Assembly (NCBI GenBank): GCA_001797615.1
Contig: MGPV01000022.1
Span: 5,311-69,310, forward strand
DNA from: Deltaproteobacteria bacterium GWC2_65_14
GTDB taxonomy: Bacteria > Desulfobacterota > Deferrimicrobia > Deferrimicrobiales > Deferrimicrobiaceae
Direction: 5' to 3'
Length of the DNA stretch: 64,000 nt
The notes below the pieces were generated by a model, which was given only the letters and a program-made list of their open reading frames with translations, had not been told where the DNA came from and made no database searches. This document shows, piece by piece, positions 1 to 7,644 of the stretch (within the stretch, counting starts at the first letter, position 1; each line of letters opens with the position of its first letter). Position numbers and translations under genes: made by a program.

Positions 1-312
1 GATCGCCCCGGGCCCCAGCAGCCGCCTCGCCTCGGACGGGGGGATCGACCCGACCCCGAGGTGTACCCCGTCCGCCCCGACCGCCAGGGCGACGTCCGCC
101 CGGTCGTTCACCAGCAGCCGTGCGCCGAACCGACGCGTCAGGACGCGCATCCGTTCCGCCAGCCGGTAGAGGTCCCGACCCGACAGGTCCTTCTCCCGCA
201 GCTGCACGGCCCGGATCCCCCCGTCGAGCGCCGCCTCCACGGTCGCTTCCAGATCGCCGTTTCGCGCCTGCCGGCGGTCGGTGATCAGCAGGACCCGGAA
301 ATCGACCTTCAT
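1..312 (-). CDS. thiE: thiamine-phosphate synthase ThiE (N-terminal part; gene runs off window start)
   Basis: Reverse translation from ATG at 312 gives MKVDFRVLLITDRRQ...VQLREKDLSGRDL, typical ThiE N-terminus; GGGAAGACGG upstream; 11 nt after thiG stop. Confidence 0.8.
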   Translation of the reverse strand, partial: MKVDFRVLLITDRRQARNGDLEATVEAALDGGIRAVQLREKDLSGRDLYRLAERMRVLTRRFGARLLVNDRADVALAVGADGVHLGVGSIPPSEARRLLGPGAI

Positions 313-323
313 CCGTCTTCCCG

Positions 324-1097
324 TTACGAGAAGAAGGTGCCGTCCAGCGGCGAGGAGGCGGTGGCATAGAGCTTCTTCGGGATCCGCCCGGCGAGGAATG
401 CCTTGCGCCCGGCCGACACCGCCTCCCGCATCGCCTCGGCCATCGTCACGGGATCTCTCGCGCCGGCGATCCCGGTGTTCATCAGGACGCCGTCGCAGCC
501 GAGCTCCATCGCGACCGCCGCGTCGGAGGCGGTCCCCACCCCCGCATCGACGATCACCGGGACCTTCACGGTCTCCAGGATGATCCGGATGTTGTACGGG
601 TTCCGGATGCCGAGCCCCGACCCGATCGGCGCCGCCAGCGGCATCACCGCCGCGCATCCCGCGTCCTCGAGCTTCTTCGCCATGATCGGGTCGTCGTTCG
701 TGTAGGGGAGGACGACGAACCCCTCCTTCACCAGCACCTTCGCCGCGGCCAGGAGGCCTTCCGTGTCGGGAAACAGCGTCTTCTCGTCCCCGATCACCTC
801 CAGCTTGACCATGTCCGACATCCCGGCCTCCCGGGCGAGGAGACAGGTTCTCACGGCGTCGTCGGCCGTGTAGCAGGCCGCCGTGTTCGGAAGCAGGGTG
901 TACCGCTTCGGGTCGACATGGTCCAGCAGCGACTCCCTGCTCCGGTCGAGGTTCACCCGCCGCACGGCGACGGTGACGATCTCCGCGCCGGACGCCTCGA
1001 GCGCCCGGACCATGGTGGGGTAGTCCGGATATTTCCCGGTTCCCACCAGCAGGCGGGACCGGAAGTTCTTCCCTCCCAGCGAAAGCGGCTTGTCCAT
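324..1097 (-). CDS. thiG: thiazole synthase ThiG
   Basis: 257 aa [26 protein letters not shown]...; full-length ThiG-like; RBS GGGAGGGGGA just upstream, overlapping thiS stop. Confidence 0.9.
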   Translation of the reverse strand: MDKPLSLGGKNFRSRLLVGTGKYPDYPTMVRALEASGAEIVTVAVRRVNLDRSRESLLDHVDPKRYTLLPNTAACYTADDAVRTCLLAREAGMSDMVKLEVIGDEKTLFPDTEGLLAAAKVLVKEGFVVLPYTNDDPIMAKKLEDAGCAAVMPLAAPIGSGLGIRNPYNIRIILETVKVPVIVDAGVGTASDAAVAMELGCDGVLMNTGIAGARDPVTMAEAMREAVSAGRKAFLAGRIPKKLYATASSPLDGTFFS

Positions 1098-1101
1098 CCC
1101 T

Positions 1102-1314
1102 CTATCCCCCTCCCACGAAGGTGACGATCTCCAGCCGGTCCCCCTCCTCGAGGAGCGTTTCCCCGTACTCGGCCTTCCGGACGATGGAGAGGTTCCTCTC
1201 CACCGCCACCCGGGATTCCGGCAGGGAAAGCTCCCGCAGCAACTGAAGGACCGTGGCGCCCGGCGCGACCACGCGCTTTTCTCCGTTCACGAGGATCCCG
1301 GCCGGCTTCCCCAT
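1102..1314 (-). CDS. thiS: sulfur carrier protein ThiS
   Basis: 70 aa ending ...EIVTFVGGG (C-terminal GG of ThiS/MoaD fold); start ATG overlaps upstream stop (TGATG) indicating translational coupling. Confidence 0.8.
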   Translation of the reverse strand: MGKPAGILVNGEKRVVAPGATVLQLLRELSLPESRVAVERNLSIVRKAEYGETLLEEGDRLEIVTFVGGG

Positions 1315-2717
1315 CAGAAGTGCAGATCCTTTTCGCCAGCGATCGTCCGGGCCAGCCTTCGCTGGAACTCTCCGAAGAGGGGGGAATCCTCCATCTCCCG
1401 CCTGCCGGTCCGCACCGCGGTCAGGCACTCCTCCTTGAGCACAGGGTCCTCCGCTGCGACGGCATACTCGGCCAGCGTCAGGAGCGCGTTGGGGAGGCAA
1501 TAGCTTCCGATCCTTCCCCCCTCCGCCATCTCCGTGAACCGGCTGCCGGTCCGTCCGCTCCGGTAGCAGCTGGTGCACAGGGAAGGGAGGTACCCCCGGG
1601 AGAGGATCGTCCGGATCATCTCCTCCAGCGTCCTCGTGTCGGTGATCTCGAACTGCTCGGAGTCGCGCCGCCGCCGCCCCTCCGAGTAGCCGCCGGGGTC
1701 GGTCTTCGACCCCGCGCTGATCTGGGAGGCGCCGATCTCCAGCGTGCGGTCGCGCAGCGCCGCCGGCTCCCGGGTCGAGATCACCACCCCGGCGGCGGGA
1801 ACCGAGAGCCGGAAGACGATCACGATCCGTTCGAATTCCGTGTCGGATACCGGACGGGGGGCGGCCGGCAGGGGCGACCCGAACGCCCTCCGGAACCGGG
1901 GGACCGAGAGGGTGTGGGGAAAGGCGCCGAAGTTCTCGTGCAGGGATTCGGCATGGCGGATGACCGAGAGCGCCTCGAACCGGGGGTCGTAGAGGCCCAG
2001 CAGGGCTCCGATCCCGACGTCGTCGAACCCCGCCTGGAAGGCCCGGTCCATGCAGGTGAGCCGCCCGGCGTAATCCGCCTTGGGGCCGGAGGGGTGCATC
2101 TCGCGGTAGGTCTCCGGGTGGTAGGTCTCCTGGAAGACCTGGTAGACTCCCGCCCCCGCCTCCCGGATTTCCCGGAGCGCCTCGACCGGCATCGGCGCCG
2201 CGTTCACGTGGAGGATCCGCATTCCCGTCTCCCGGTAGATCGCCCGAAGGACGTCGGCGAGATACCCGGCCTGTTCCCGGGCCGGGTGCTCCCCGGTCAC
2301 CAGGAGAAGCCGGCGGTACCCCCTCCGCTCCAGGACGCGCGCTTCCCGCACCGCCTCCTCCGGGGAGAGGGTGATCCTCCCGGCCTCCCGGTTGTCCCGC
2401 CGGAACCCGCAGTAGAGGCAGTTGTTGCCGCACTCGCTCGAAAGGTAGAGCGGTGCGAAGAGCACGATCCGCCGCCCGAACACCGCCTCCCGGACCGCCC
2501 GGGCCACCGCCCCCGCCGACTCCCACACCATCGGGTCGTCGGTGGCGAGCAGCCGGGCCGCCTCGTGGAGGGCGAGCCTCCTCCGGGGGGAGAGGGAGCG
2601 CAGGAGGGCGAACGCCTCCCGCCTGCGGAACGGAAGGGTTCCGGCCAGGATCCGGCGGATCTGCTCCGCCGATACGGGAAGCGGATGGAGGGCTGCGGAA
2701 CCCTGTTGCGGAAGCAT
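1314..2717 (-). CDS. radical SAM tyrosine lyase, ThiH/HydG family (HydG-type C-terminal CX2CX22C present)
   Basis: 467 aa from ATG 2717 (GGAGGA 11 nt upstream). N-terminal CGNNCLYCGF radical-SAM motif; C-terminal CTSC-(22 aa)-C counted directly; first gene after the TPP riboswitch, coupled to thiS. Confidence 0.8.
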   Translation of the reverse strand: MLPQQGSAALHPLPVSAEQIRRILAGTLPFRRREAFALLRSLSPRRRLALHEAARLLATDDPMVWESAGAVARAVREAVFGRRIVLFAPLYLSSECGNNCLYCGFRRDNREAGRITLSPEEAVREARVLERRGYRRLLLVTGEHPAREQAGYLADVLRAIYRETGMRILHVNAAPMPVEALREIREAGAGVYQVFQETYHPETYREMHPSGPKADYAGRLTCMDRAFQAGFDDVGIGALLGLYDPRFEALSVIRHAESLHENFGAFPHTLSVPRFRRAFGSPLPAAPRPVSDTEFERIVIVFRLSVPAAGVVISTREPAALRDRTLEIGASQISAGSKTDPGGYSEGRRRRDSEQFEITDTRTLEEMIRTILSRGYLPSLCTSCYRSGRTGSRFTEMAEGGRIGSYCLPNALLTLAEYAVAAEDPVLKEECLTAVRTGRREMEDSPLFGEFQRRLARTIAGEKDLHF

Positions 2718-2741
2718 CTTCGTCACAATCCTCCGGAAACG

Positions 2742-2865
2742 AAAAAACCGCGCCCGGCAGGCACGGTTCGTAGAGATCATCGCTCCCTGCGCCGGCATTA
2801 CCCGGATCAGGTTCAACGGGTTGCCCGCGGCATGCGCGGGCTCTCAGCGAATAGCACCCCTGGCG
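2742..2865 (-). ncRNA. TPP (THI-box) riboswitch with intrinsic terminator expression platform
   Basis: Minus strand reads GGGGUGCuauuCGCUGAGAGccc...CCCGUUGAACCUGAUCCGGGUAAUGCCGGCGCAGGGA, matching the conserved THI-box cores CUGAGA and AACCUGAUCYGGNUAAUNCCNGCGNAGGGA. Followed by 7-bp GC-rich hairpin (CCGUGCC/GGCGCGG) plus UUUUUU at 2742-2766, immediately before the RBS of the thiH/hydG-like gene. Confidence 0.8.
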
Positions 2866-2906
2866 TTGTTTCCCCATGATACGCCCCCGCGCCGGCCGAA
2901 GTCAAA

Positions 2907-2995
2907 CCCCGCATCGCTGCGGAAACGGCTTTCACGGACGCGGCTTTCACACGGACACAGCTTTCACGGACACGGCTTTCACAGTCGCAGCGGTT
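2907..2995. repeat. 15-bp direct repeat ccccgcatcgctgcg (2907-2921) followed by about 4.5 tandem 15-bp units of consensus CGGCTTTCACGGACA (array A)
   Basis: Read directly: cggctttcacggacg / cggctttcacacggaca / cagctttcacggaca / cggctttcacagtcg...; same unit recurs at 18904-18978. Confidence 0.85.
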
Positions 2996-3059
2996 TCCGA
3001 TTCCATCCATGGCGGATTGGATGGGCACTGACCAGTCGGAGAGAGGGATGGTTGCGTAT

Positions 3060-3109
3060 CGCAACACCCAGGCAGCGGGTCGGGAGTTCGAATCTCTCCA
3101 GGCGCACCA
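3060..3109 (+). other. tRNA 3'-end-like fragment (T-arm GGGAG-TTCGAAT-CTCTC + acceptor 3' strand + CCA) without matching 5' half
   Basis: gggtcGGGAGTTCGAATCTCTCCaggcgcaCCA; canonical T-loop TTCGAAT with 5-bp stem and 7-nt acceptor 3' strand plus CCA. No GCGCCTG 5' acceptor partner within 100 nt upstream. A second degenerate copy (ccGGTTCGAATCTCTCCggcaggcg) is at 3160-3186. Confidence 0.45.
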
Positions 3110-3274
3110 TGGTTTTCCTGTTCCGCGATGCGAGATTCGAACTACGAGGCGGGCGCCGACCGGTTCGAATCTCTCCGGCAGGCGTTTCCTCCCGGTCAGC
3201 CAAGACGGGGTCGGCATACCCCGGGGATAAGCGCAGGAAGGTCCTTCGGAGCGGGTGATATCCGCCTCTTCCGG

Positions 3275-4006
3275 TCAGAAACCCATATGCCGGAGGAAAT
3301 AGGGCATCTGAATTTTCCACCACGGCCAGTCGTGGGACACATCGTGCCCCCAGATATCGACCCAGGCGGGGATCTGCTTCTCTTCGAGAATCCGCCTGAG
3401 TTCCAGGGTGTCCGCGAGGAATATGTCTTCGTGATCCCCCTGGCCCGCGCACAGGACGATGCGGCCGCTCCGGTACCGATCCAGGAACCACGGATCGTCG
3501 AGGTTGGGGAGATAGGCGAGCGGTTCATGGAAATACACGGTTTCATCGACCTCGCCGACAAAGTGCTTCAGCCGGAAAAAACCGCTCAGGGAGATCACGG
3601 CGTCGAAGATATCCGGGCGGTGGAGGAAGAAGTTCGTCGCGTTGTATCCTCCGAAGCTGCACCCCATCCCCATGATCCCGTCATCCCCGGATCGCCAACG
3701 CGCGTAAGGGACGACCTCATCCACGATATACCGCTCGTATCGGTTGTGCCGGTTCGCGCGGTCGGCCAGGGGGGCGTTCCCGTTCAGCCATGTCTGGTGA
3801 TAGATGCTGTCCACGGTGAACAGTTGGACCTTCCCCTCGTTCAGAAAAAGCCGGCAGGCGTCCACCATGCCGGTATCCTCGAACTCGGTAAACATCCCCG
3901 TTATTGAGGGAAACGCAAGGGCAGGCTTTCCCGCGTGCCCGTATACCTTCAACTCCATCTCCTGGCCGAGGTTCGGGCTCCACCACTTGTGATACTCGAT
4001 ATTCAC
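3275..4006 (-). CDS. putative esterase (alpha/beta hydrolase, PF00756-like), paralog 1
   Basis: 244 aa from GTG 4006 (GGGAGGAG 6 nt upstream): VNIEYHKWWSPNLGQEMELKVYGHAGKPALAFPS...GCSFGGYNA...WPWWKIQMPYFLRHMGF; about 60% identical to the gene at 6853-7587. Confidence 0.75.
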   Translation of the reverse strand: MNIEYHKWWSPNLGQEMELKVYGHAGKPALAFPSITGMFTEFEDTGMVDACRLFLNEGKVQLFTVDSIYHQTWLNGNAPLADRANRHNRYERYIVDEVVPYARWRSGDDGIMGMGCSFGGYNATNFFLHRPDIFDAVISLSGFFRLKHFVGEVDETVYFHEPLAYLPNLDDPWFLDRYRSGRIVLCAGQGDHEDIFLADTLELRRILEEKQIPAWVDIWGHDVSHDWPWWKIQMPYFLRHMGF

Positions 4007-4130
4007 GGTCGCTCCTCCCATATGGTATCCCGTGGTGCCCCCCCCCTCGCAAGTCCCGGGGCGGCCTCGCATGCCTGGATGTCCCCCGAACGCCCCGCGG
4101 GACGGATGCACCATTGTTGCTATCGGATCA

Positions 4131-4225
4131 GAAACCGAGCTCCTTGAGAACGTTGGGAATCGTTTTTTTCCACCACGGCCAGTCGTGGGCCACGTCACGT
4201 CCCCGGATGTCGATCCGGGCAGGGC
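4131..4225 (-). pseudogene. esterase 3'-end fragment (third partial copy)
   Basis: Minus strand encodes DIRGRDVAHDWPWWKKTIPNVLKELGF*, matching the C-terminal 28 aa of the two intact esterases; nucleotide similarity to 3300-3380 and 6870-6950; no upstream esterase body. Confidence 0.55.
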
Positions 4226-4441
4226 TCTTCTTCTTACCCCGGGACTTCGCCCCCCTGCGCCTGTACACATTCCGTACCACGTCCCGGCTGCCGGGCCCTC
4301 GCTTGACATCTCCCTACTTTCGAAGGGTGACTGATCTCTCCACTTCTTCTACCGTAGTAAACGCTTGCCGGTATGGGCCGCGTCGTTTCGGCCGGTCTCC
4401 CAACTCGCAACAAGCACATCAATCGAACCGGGAAATGTCCG

Positions 4442-5530
4442 ATGGACAGGACGGCATTAAAGAGGTTCATCCCTCCGAACATCGCATGGAAGATTCCTTT
4501 TGACAACCCGGCATGCCCGCTCAACGGAGGCGACGTCTACAAGGCTCTTTCCCCCCACAAAGTGATCGTGATGGCATGCAACATCCGGATTCCCTCGGTG
4601 ATCCCCGGAATCATGAAGGCGGCTCAGGAGCTCGATGCGGTCGTCGCATTCGAGCTGGCCAAGACGGAAGGAAACATCGACGGCGGGTACACGGGGATGA
4701 CCCCGGAGGTTTTCGCCAAAACGATCCTCACCTACGCGTGGAAGGTGCAGTTCGCGCGTCCGTTCGTCATCCACGGAGACCACATCACGGTCAAGAACAC
4801 GTCCGCCAAGGAGATCGACGAGGGCCGCGCCCTGATCGCGGCGGAGCTCGCGGCCGGCTTCACCTCGTTCGCGATCGACGCCTCCTTCAACCCGGTCCCG
4901 GACAACGCGCGGATCACCGCCGAGCTTGCCGCGCCCATTCGGGAGCGGGGACTGGGGCTCGAAGTGGAGGTCGGGGAGATCAAATCCGCGGGGAGCGAGT
5001 CGACCCTGTCCACCGTAGAAGAGGCGGTGGAGCTGCTGGAGCGGCTCTTGGCAGAGGGTGTCTCGGCGGACCTGCTCGCCATCAACAACGGGTCGAAGCA
5101 CGGCAACTATCTCGAGGGGGAGAAGATCTTCATCGACCTCGAGCGGACAGGGCGGATTCACGAGGCCGTTCATGGTCGGTTCGGCGTCGATATCGCGCAG
5201 CATGGGATCACCGGCACCCCCCTGCACATGATCGGATGCTTTGCCGACTACGGGATCCGCAAGGGAAACGTCGGTACGCAGTGGCAGAACATCGCCCACA
5301 AGGGGCTGCCTCCCGCGCTGATGCGGAAGATGCGCGCCTGGTCCAAGGAGACGGGAAAGGACATCAAGTTCGCGACCAGACAGTTCAAGCAGGAGATCGA
5401 CGCGATCCCGACGGAATATGCGGAAAAGATCGAAAGGGCGGCCTATCGGGAAGCGCTGGCGCTCCTCCGCGCCTTCCGCGCCGAGGGGACGGCGACGATC
5501 GTCGCGCACCGCCTCGCAGGCAATGCTTGA
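4442..5530 (+). CDS. class II fructose-bisphosphate aldolase family protein (F_bP_aldolase, long form)
   Basis: 362 aa; motifs VIHGDHITV, EVEVGEIKSAGSE, INNGSKHGNY, AQHGITGTP consistent with the Zn-dependent class II aldolase family; start chosen at internal ATG 4442 (weak RBS). Confidence 0.7.
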   Translation: MDRTALKRFIPPNIAWKIPFDNPACPLNGGDVYKALSPHKVIVMACNIRIPSVIPGIMKAAQELDAVVAFELAKTEGNIDGGYTGMTPEVFAKTILTYAWKVQFARPFVIHGDHITVKNTSAKEIDEGRALIAAELAAGFTSFAIDASFNPVPDNARITAELAAPIRERGLGLEVEVGEIKSAGSESTLSTVEEAVELLERLLAEGVSADLLAINNGSKHGNYLEGEKIFIDLERTGRIHEAVHGRFGVDIAQHGITGTPLHMIGCFADYGIRKGNVGTQWQNIAHKGLPPALMRKMRAWSKETGKDIKFATRQFKQEIDAIPTEYAEKIERAAYREALALLRAFRAEGTATIVAHRLAGNA

Positions 5531-5607
5531 GGGGCGGTCGGCTTGGCGAAGGGCCGGCGCGTTCCACCCGTGGGAGGTCAGGTCTCACCAGGCGCGGACG
5601 CGCCTGG

Positions 5608-5901
5608 ATGGAGGAGCGGCGCGGGCACAATCCCCTGCAGCGTCCGATTGCCGTTTACGAGATGCACCTGGGATCCTGGATGCGCATACCGGAGGAAGGG
5701 AACCGGATGCCCACCTACCGGGAGGTGGCCCCGCGGCCGGCGGAATACCTGCGCCGCCTGAAGTTCACCCACGTCCAGTTCCTCCCCGTCATGGAGCACC
5801 CGTTCTACGGCTCCCGGGGATACCAGGTCGCCGGGTACTTCGCCCCGACCAGCCGGTACGGGACGCCCCCATGCCTTGGCATGGACGCCCTTACACCCTG
5901 A
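5608..5901 (+). pseudogene. glgB: truncated glgB fragment (1,4-alpha-glucan branching enzyme, about 90 aa of the catalytic-domain start)
   Basis: MEERRGHNPLQRPIAVYEMHLGSW...LKFTHVQFLPVMEHPFYGSRGYQVAGYFAPTSRYGTP matches the conserved GlgB segment (IYE.H.GSW ... LPVMEHPFYGSWGYQ.TGYFAPTSRYGTP), then diverges and stops; no N-terminal CBM48 or remainder of the roughly 730 aa enzyme. Confidence 0.6.
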
Positions 5902-5960
5902 CTCCGGCCGTGCCTCCCCTGGCAGCCGTGTTCTTCAAGAGCGCGAACCCGTAGCGTCGT

Positions 5961-6062
5961 CGCCATGATCCCGCCGTCGCCGTGGCACCAACGGATGGAT
6001 GGGATCACCTCTTCGAGGACATACCGTTCATACCGACCGTGCCGCCTCGCGCGGTCCGCCAA
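5961..6062 (-). pseudogene. esterase internal fragment (fourth partial copy)
   Basis: Minus strand ADRARRHGRYERYVLEEVIPSIRWCHGDGGIMA aligns with ADRANRHNRYERYIVDEVVPYARWRSGDDGIMG of esterase 1; directly abuts the glgB fragment. Confidence 0.45.
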
Positions 6063-6108
6063 GGAGTCGCCCGCGACCAGGTTCCGGCGGCGAACGCCGT
6101 GCCTCCTC

Positions 6109-6417
6109 TCAACCCGCGCTGCCCTGGGGAATCCCCTCGAGAATCAGGCTCATCTCCTGAGACGAATAGGCTCTGAGGGTCTCGGTCCTCGCGTTCCCGA
6201 GGATCCCCAGCCCAAGCATCAGGCGGCTGATGGCTCTATCGTCCGGGGCGTCCACGACCACGACGACATCGTAACGCCCCATGGTCCAATGGATCTCCCT
6301 GACCTTCACCTTCAACTTCTCCGCCATGTCCTTGAACGCTTTGGCCCGCTCGGTCGACTGCTTGACATTTCGGATCCCTTGGTCGGTCCAGTTGATCAGG
6401 CTCACGTAGGTCGGCAT
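6109..6417 (-). CDS. GYD domain protein
   Basis: 102 aa MPTYVSLINWTDQGIRNVKQSTERAKAFKDMAEKLKVKVREIHWTMGRYDVVVVVDAPDD...; AGGAGG immediately upstream of ATG 6417. Confidence 0.7.
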   Translation of the reverse strand: MPTYVSLINWTDQGIRNVKQSTERAKAFKDMAEKLKVKVREIHWTMGRYDVVVVVDAPDDRAISRLMLGLGILGNARTETLRAYSSQEMSLILEGIPQGSAG

Positions 6418-6504
6418 CTCCCTCCTCCTTTCGGCGCCTCCGATGCGCCATGGCATCGGGGCCTGCGCGGATGACGGTGCGGCCGGTCCGGGACCGCCGC
6501 CGGC

Positions 6505-6690
6505 TCAACTCCCCACTTCCTTCAGGATGTTGGGCATCATATTTCTCCATATTCCCTTTCCATCCTTTTCCATCGGATTCGTCTTCGTATCCCAATGTTT
6601 GAAGTTCCCCACAATATCAACCGCACGCGCCTCGGGCGCAGGAAATTCGAATTGAGCCTTCCTCGCACGGTGCTTTCGCCCACTTCGCAC
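6505..6690 (-). pseudogene. low-GC mosaic fragment: CBM48-like glycogen-binding motif start fused to esterase C-terminal tail
   Basis: AVDIVGNFKHWDTKTNPMEKDGKGIW resembles start of AMPK-beta/CBM48 glycogen-binding domain (V.V.GSFNNW...g.W); ends WRNMMPNILKEVGS* like esterase tails. About 25 nt of DNA identity to esterase 3' end, then AT-rich divergent sequence. Confidence 0.4.
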
Positions 6691-6852
6691 TCCACCATTT
6701 TCGATGGTCGACGATCATCGCTCTCCCTCCATCAGCAACGCAAGCGGTGAATCCAACGGCGATCCGCCGACCCCCACGTACGCACACGGGCAACCCCGGC
6801 GCGACTCACGCACACCGGACGTCCCGCAGTGGGGTGCGTTGCCGTCACCGGG

Positions 6853-7587
6853 TCAATACCCCAGTTCCTTCAGGAAGTGGGGCATCATCTTTCTCCACCA
6901 CGGCCAGTCGTGGGCCACGTCATGGCCCCAGATGTCGATCCAGGCGGGGATCTGCTTCTCTTCGAGAATCCGCTTGAGTTCCAGGGTGTCCGCGAGGAAC
7001 TTGTCTTCCCAGTACCCCTGGCCCACGCAGATCACCAGGCGGCTCTGCCGGTACCAGTCCAGGTACCACGGGTCGTTGAGTCCTGGAAGAAAGGCGATCG
7101 GCGCGTTGAAATAGACCCCCTCGTCCATGTAGTCGCCGATGTAGAACCTCGGATGGAACGGCCCGCTCAGGGCGATTGCGGTGTGAACGAGATCCGGGTG
7201 GCGGAGAAAAAAGTTCACCGTGTGGAACGCCCCGAAGCTGCACCCGGTCACTGTGATCCGGCCGTTTCCGCAGCGCCCGGCGATGAACGGGAAGACCTCG
7301 TGGATGAGATAGGCCTCGTACTGGTTGTGCCGCCTCACGCGGTCCGGCATCGAGACTCCCTCGTTCAGCCAGGACTGTGCGTCCATGCTGTCCACGGCGA
7401 ACAGATGGATCCTGCCCTCGTCGATGAAAGGCCTGCAGACCTCCACCATGCCGAAATCCTCGTATTCATGAAAAGTCCCCGCCTTCGTCGGAAACACGAG
7501 GATGGGCTTCCCCGCGTGCCCGTAGACCTTGAATTCCATATCCCGGTTCAGGTTTTGGCTCCAATACTTGTGATACTCGGTATTCAT
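6853..7587 (-). CDS. putative esterase (alpha/beta hydrolase, PF00756-like), paralog 2
   Basis: 244 aa from ATG 7587 (GGAGGG 7 nt upstream): MNTEYHKYWSQNLNRDMEFKVYGHAGKPILVFPT...GCSFGAFHT...WPWWRKMMPHFLKELGY. Confidence 0.8.
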   Translation of the reverse strand: MNTEYHKYWSQNLNRDMEFKVYGHAGKPILVFPTKAGTFHEYEDFGMVEVCRPFIDEGRIHLFAVDSMDAQSWLNEGVSMPDRVRRHNQYEAYLIHEVFPFIAGRCGNGRITVTGCSFGAFHTVNFFLRHPDLVHTAIALSGPFHPRFYIGDYMDEGVYFNAPIAFLPGLNDPWYLDWYRQSRLVICVGQGYWEDKFLADTLELKRILEEKQIPAWIDIWGHDVAHDWPWWRKMMPHFLKELGY

Positions 7588-7644
7588 TCCCGTTCCCTCC
7601 ATGAGGTTCTTGTATTGTGTTCCAGGGGTTCTCCAAGAGGGTCA

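Noticed and set aside
1102-2877. 591-aa and 519-aa ORFs spanning thiS/thiH on both strands
   Set aside because: Out-of-frame or antisense overprints typical of 68% GC DNA, with low-complexity G/R/P-rich translations. The real genes are thiS (70 aa) and the 467-aa radical-SAM gene in another frame.
2907-2995. CRISPR array candidate (short tandem repeats, also at 18904-18978)
   Set aside because: The units are contiguous 15-bp repeats with no unique spacers, and no cas genes are nearby. They are tandem satellite/iteron-like repeats, not CRISPR.
2787-3109. Possible tmRNA (ssrA): a GGTTCAACGGG motif resembling the tmRNA 5' D-loop analogue, plus a tRNA-like 3' end with CCA about 320 nt downstream
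   Set aside because: The 5' motif is the conserved AACCUGAUC/GGUAAU core of the TPP riboswitch read on the other strand. Acceptor pairing would be G3:C70 rather than the G3:U70 required for Ala charging. No tag-peptide ORF ending ...AA-stop is present.
3000-3275. Small CDSs in the 2.88-3.27 kb gap (e.g. 2813-3217, 3009-3230)
   Set aside because: No RBS and no conserved motifs. They overlap the repeat array and tRNA-like fragments. The region is better explained as non-coding (riboswitch, repeats, tRNA remnants).
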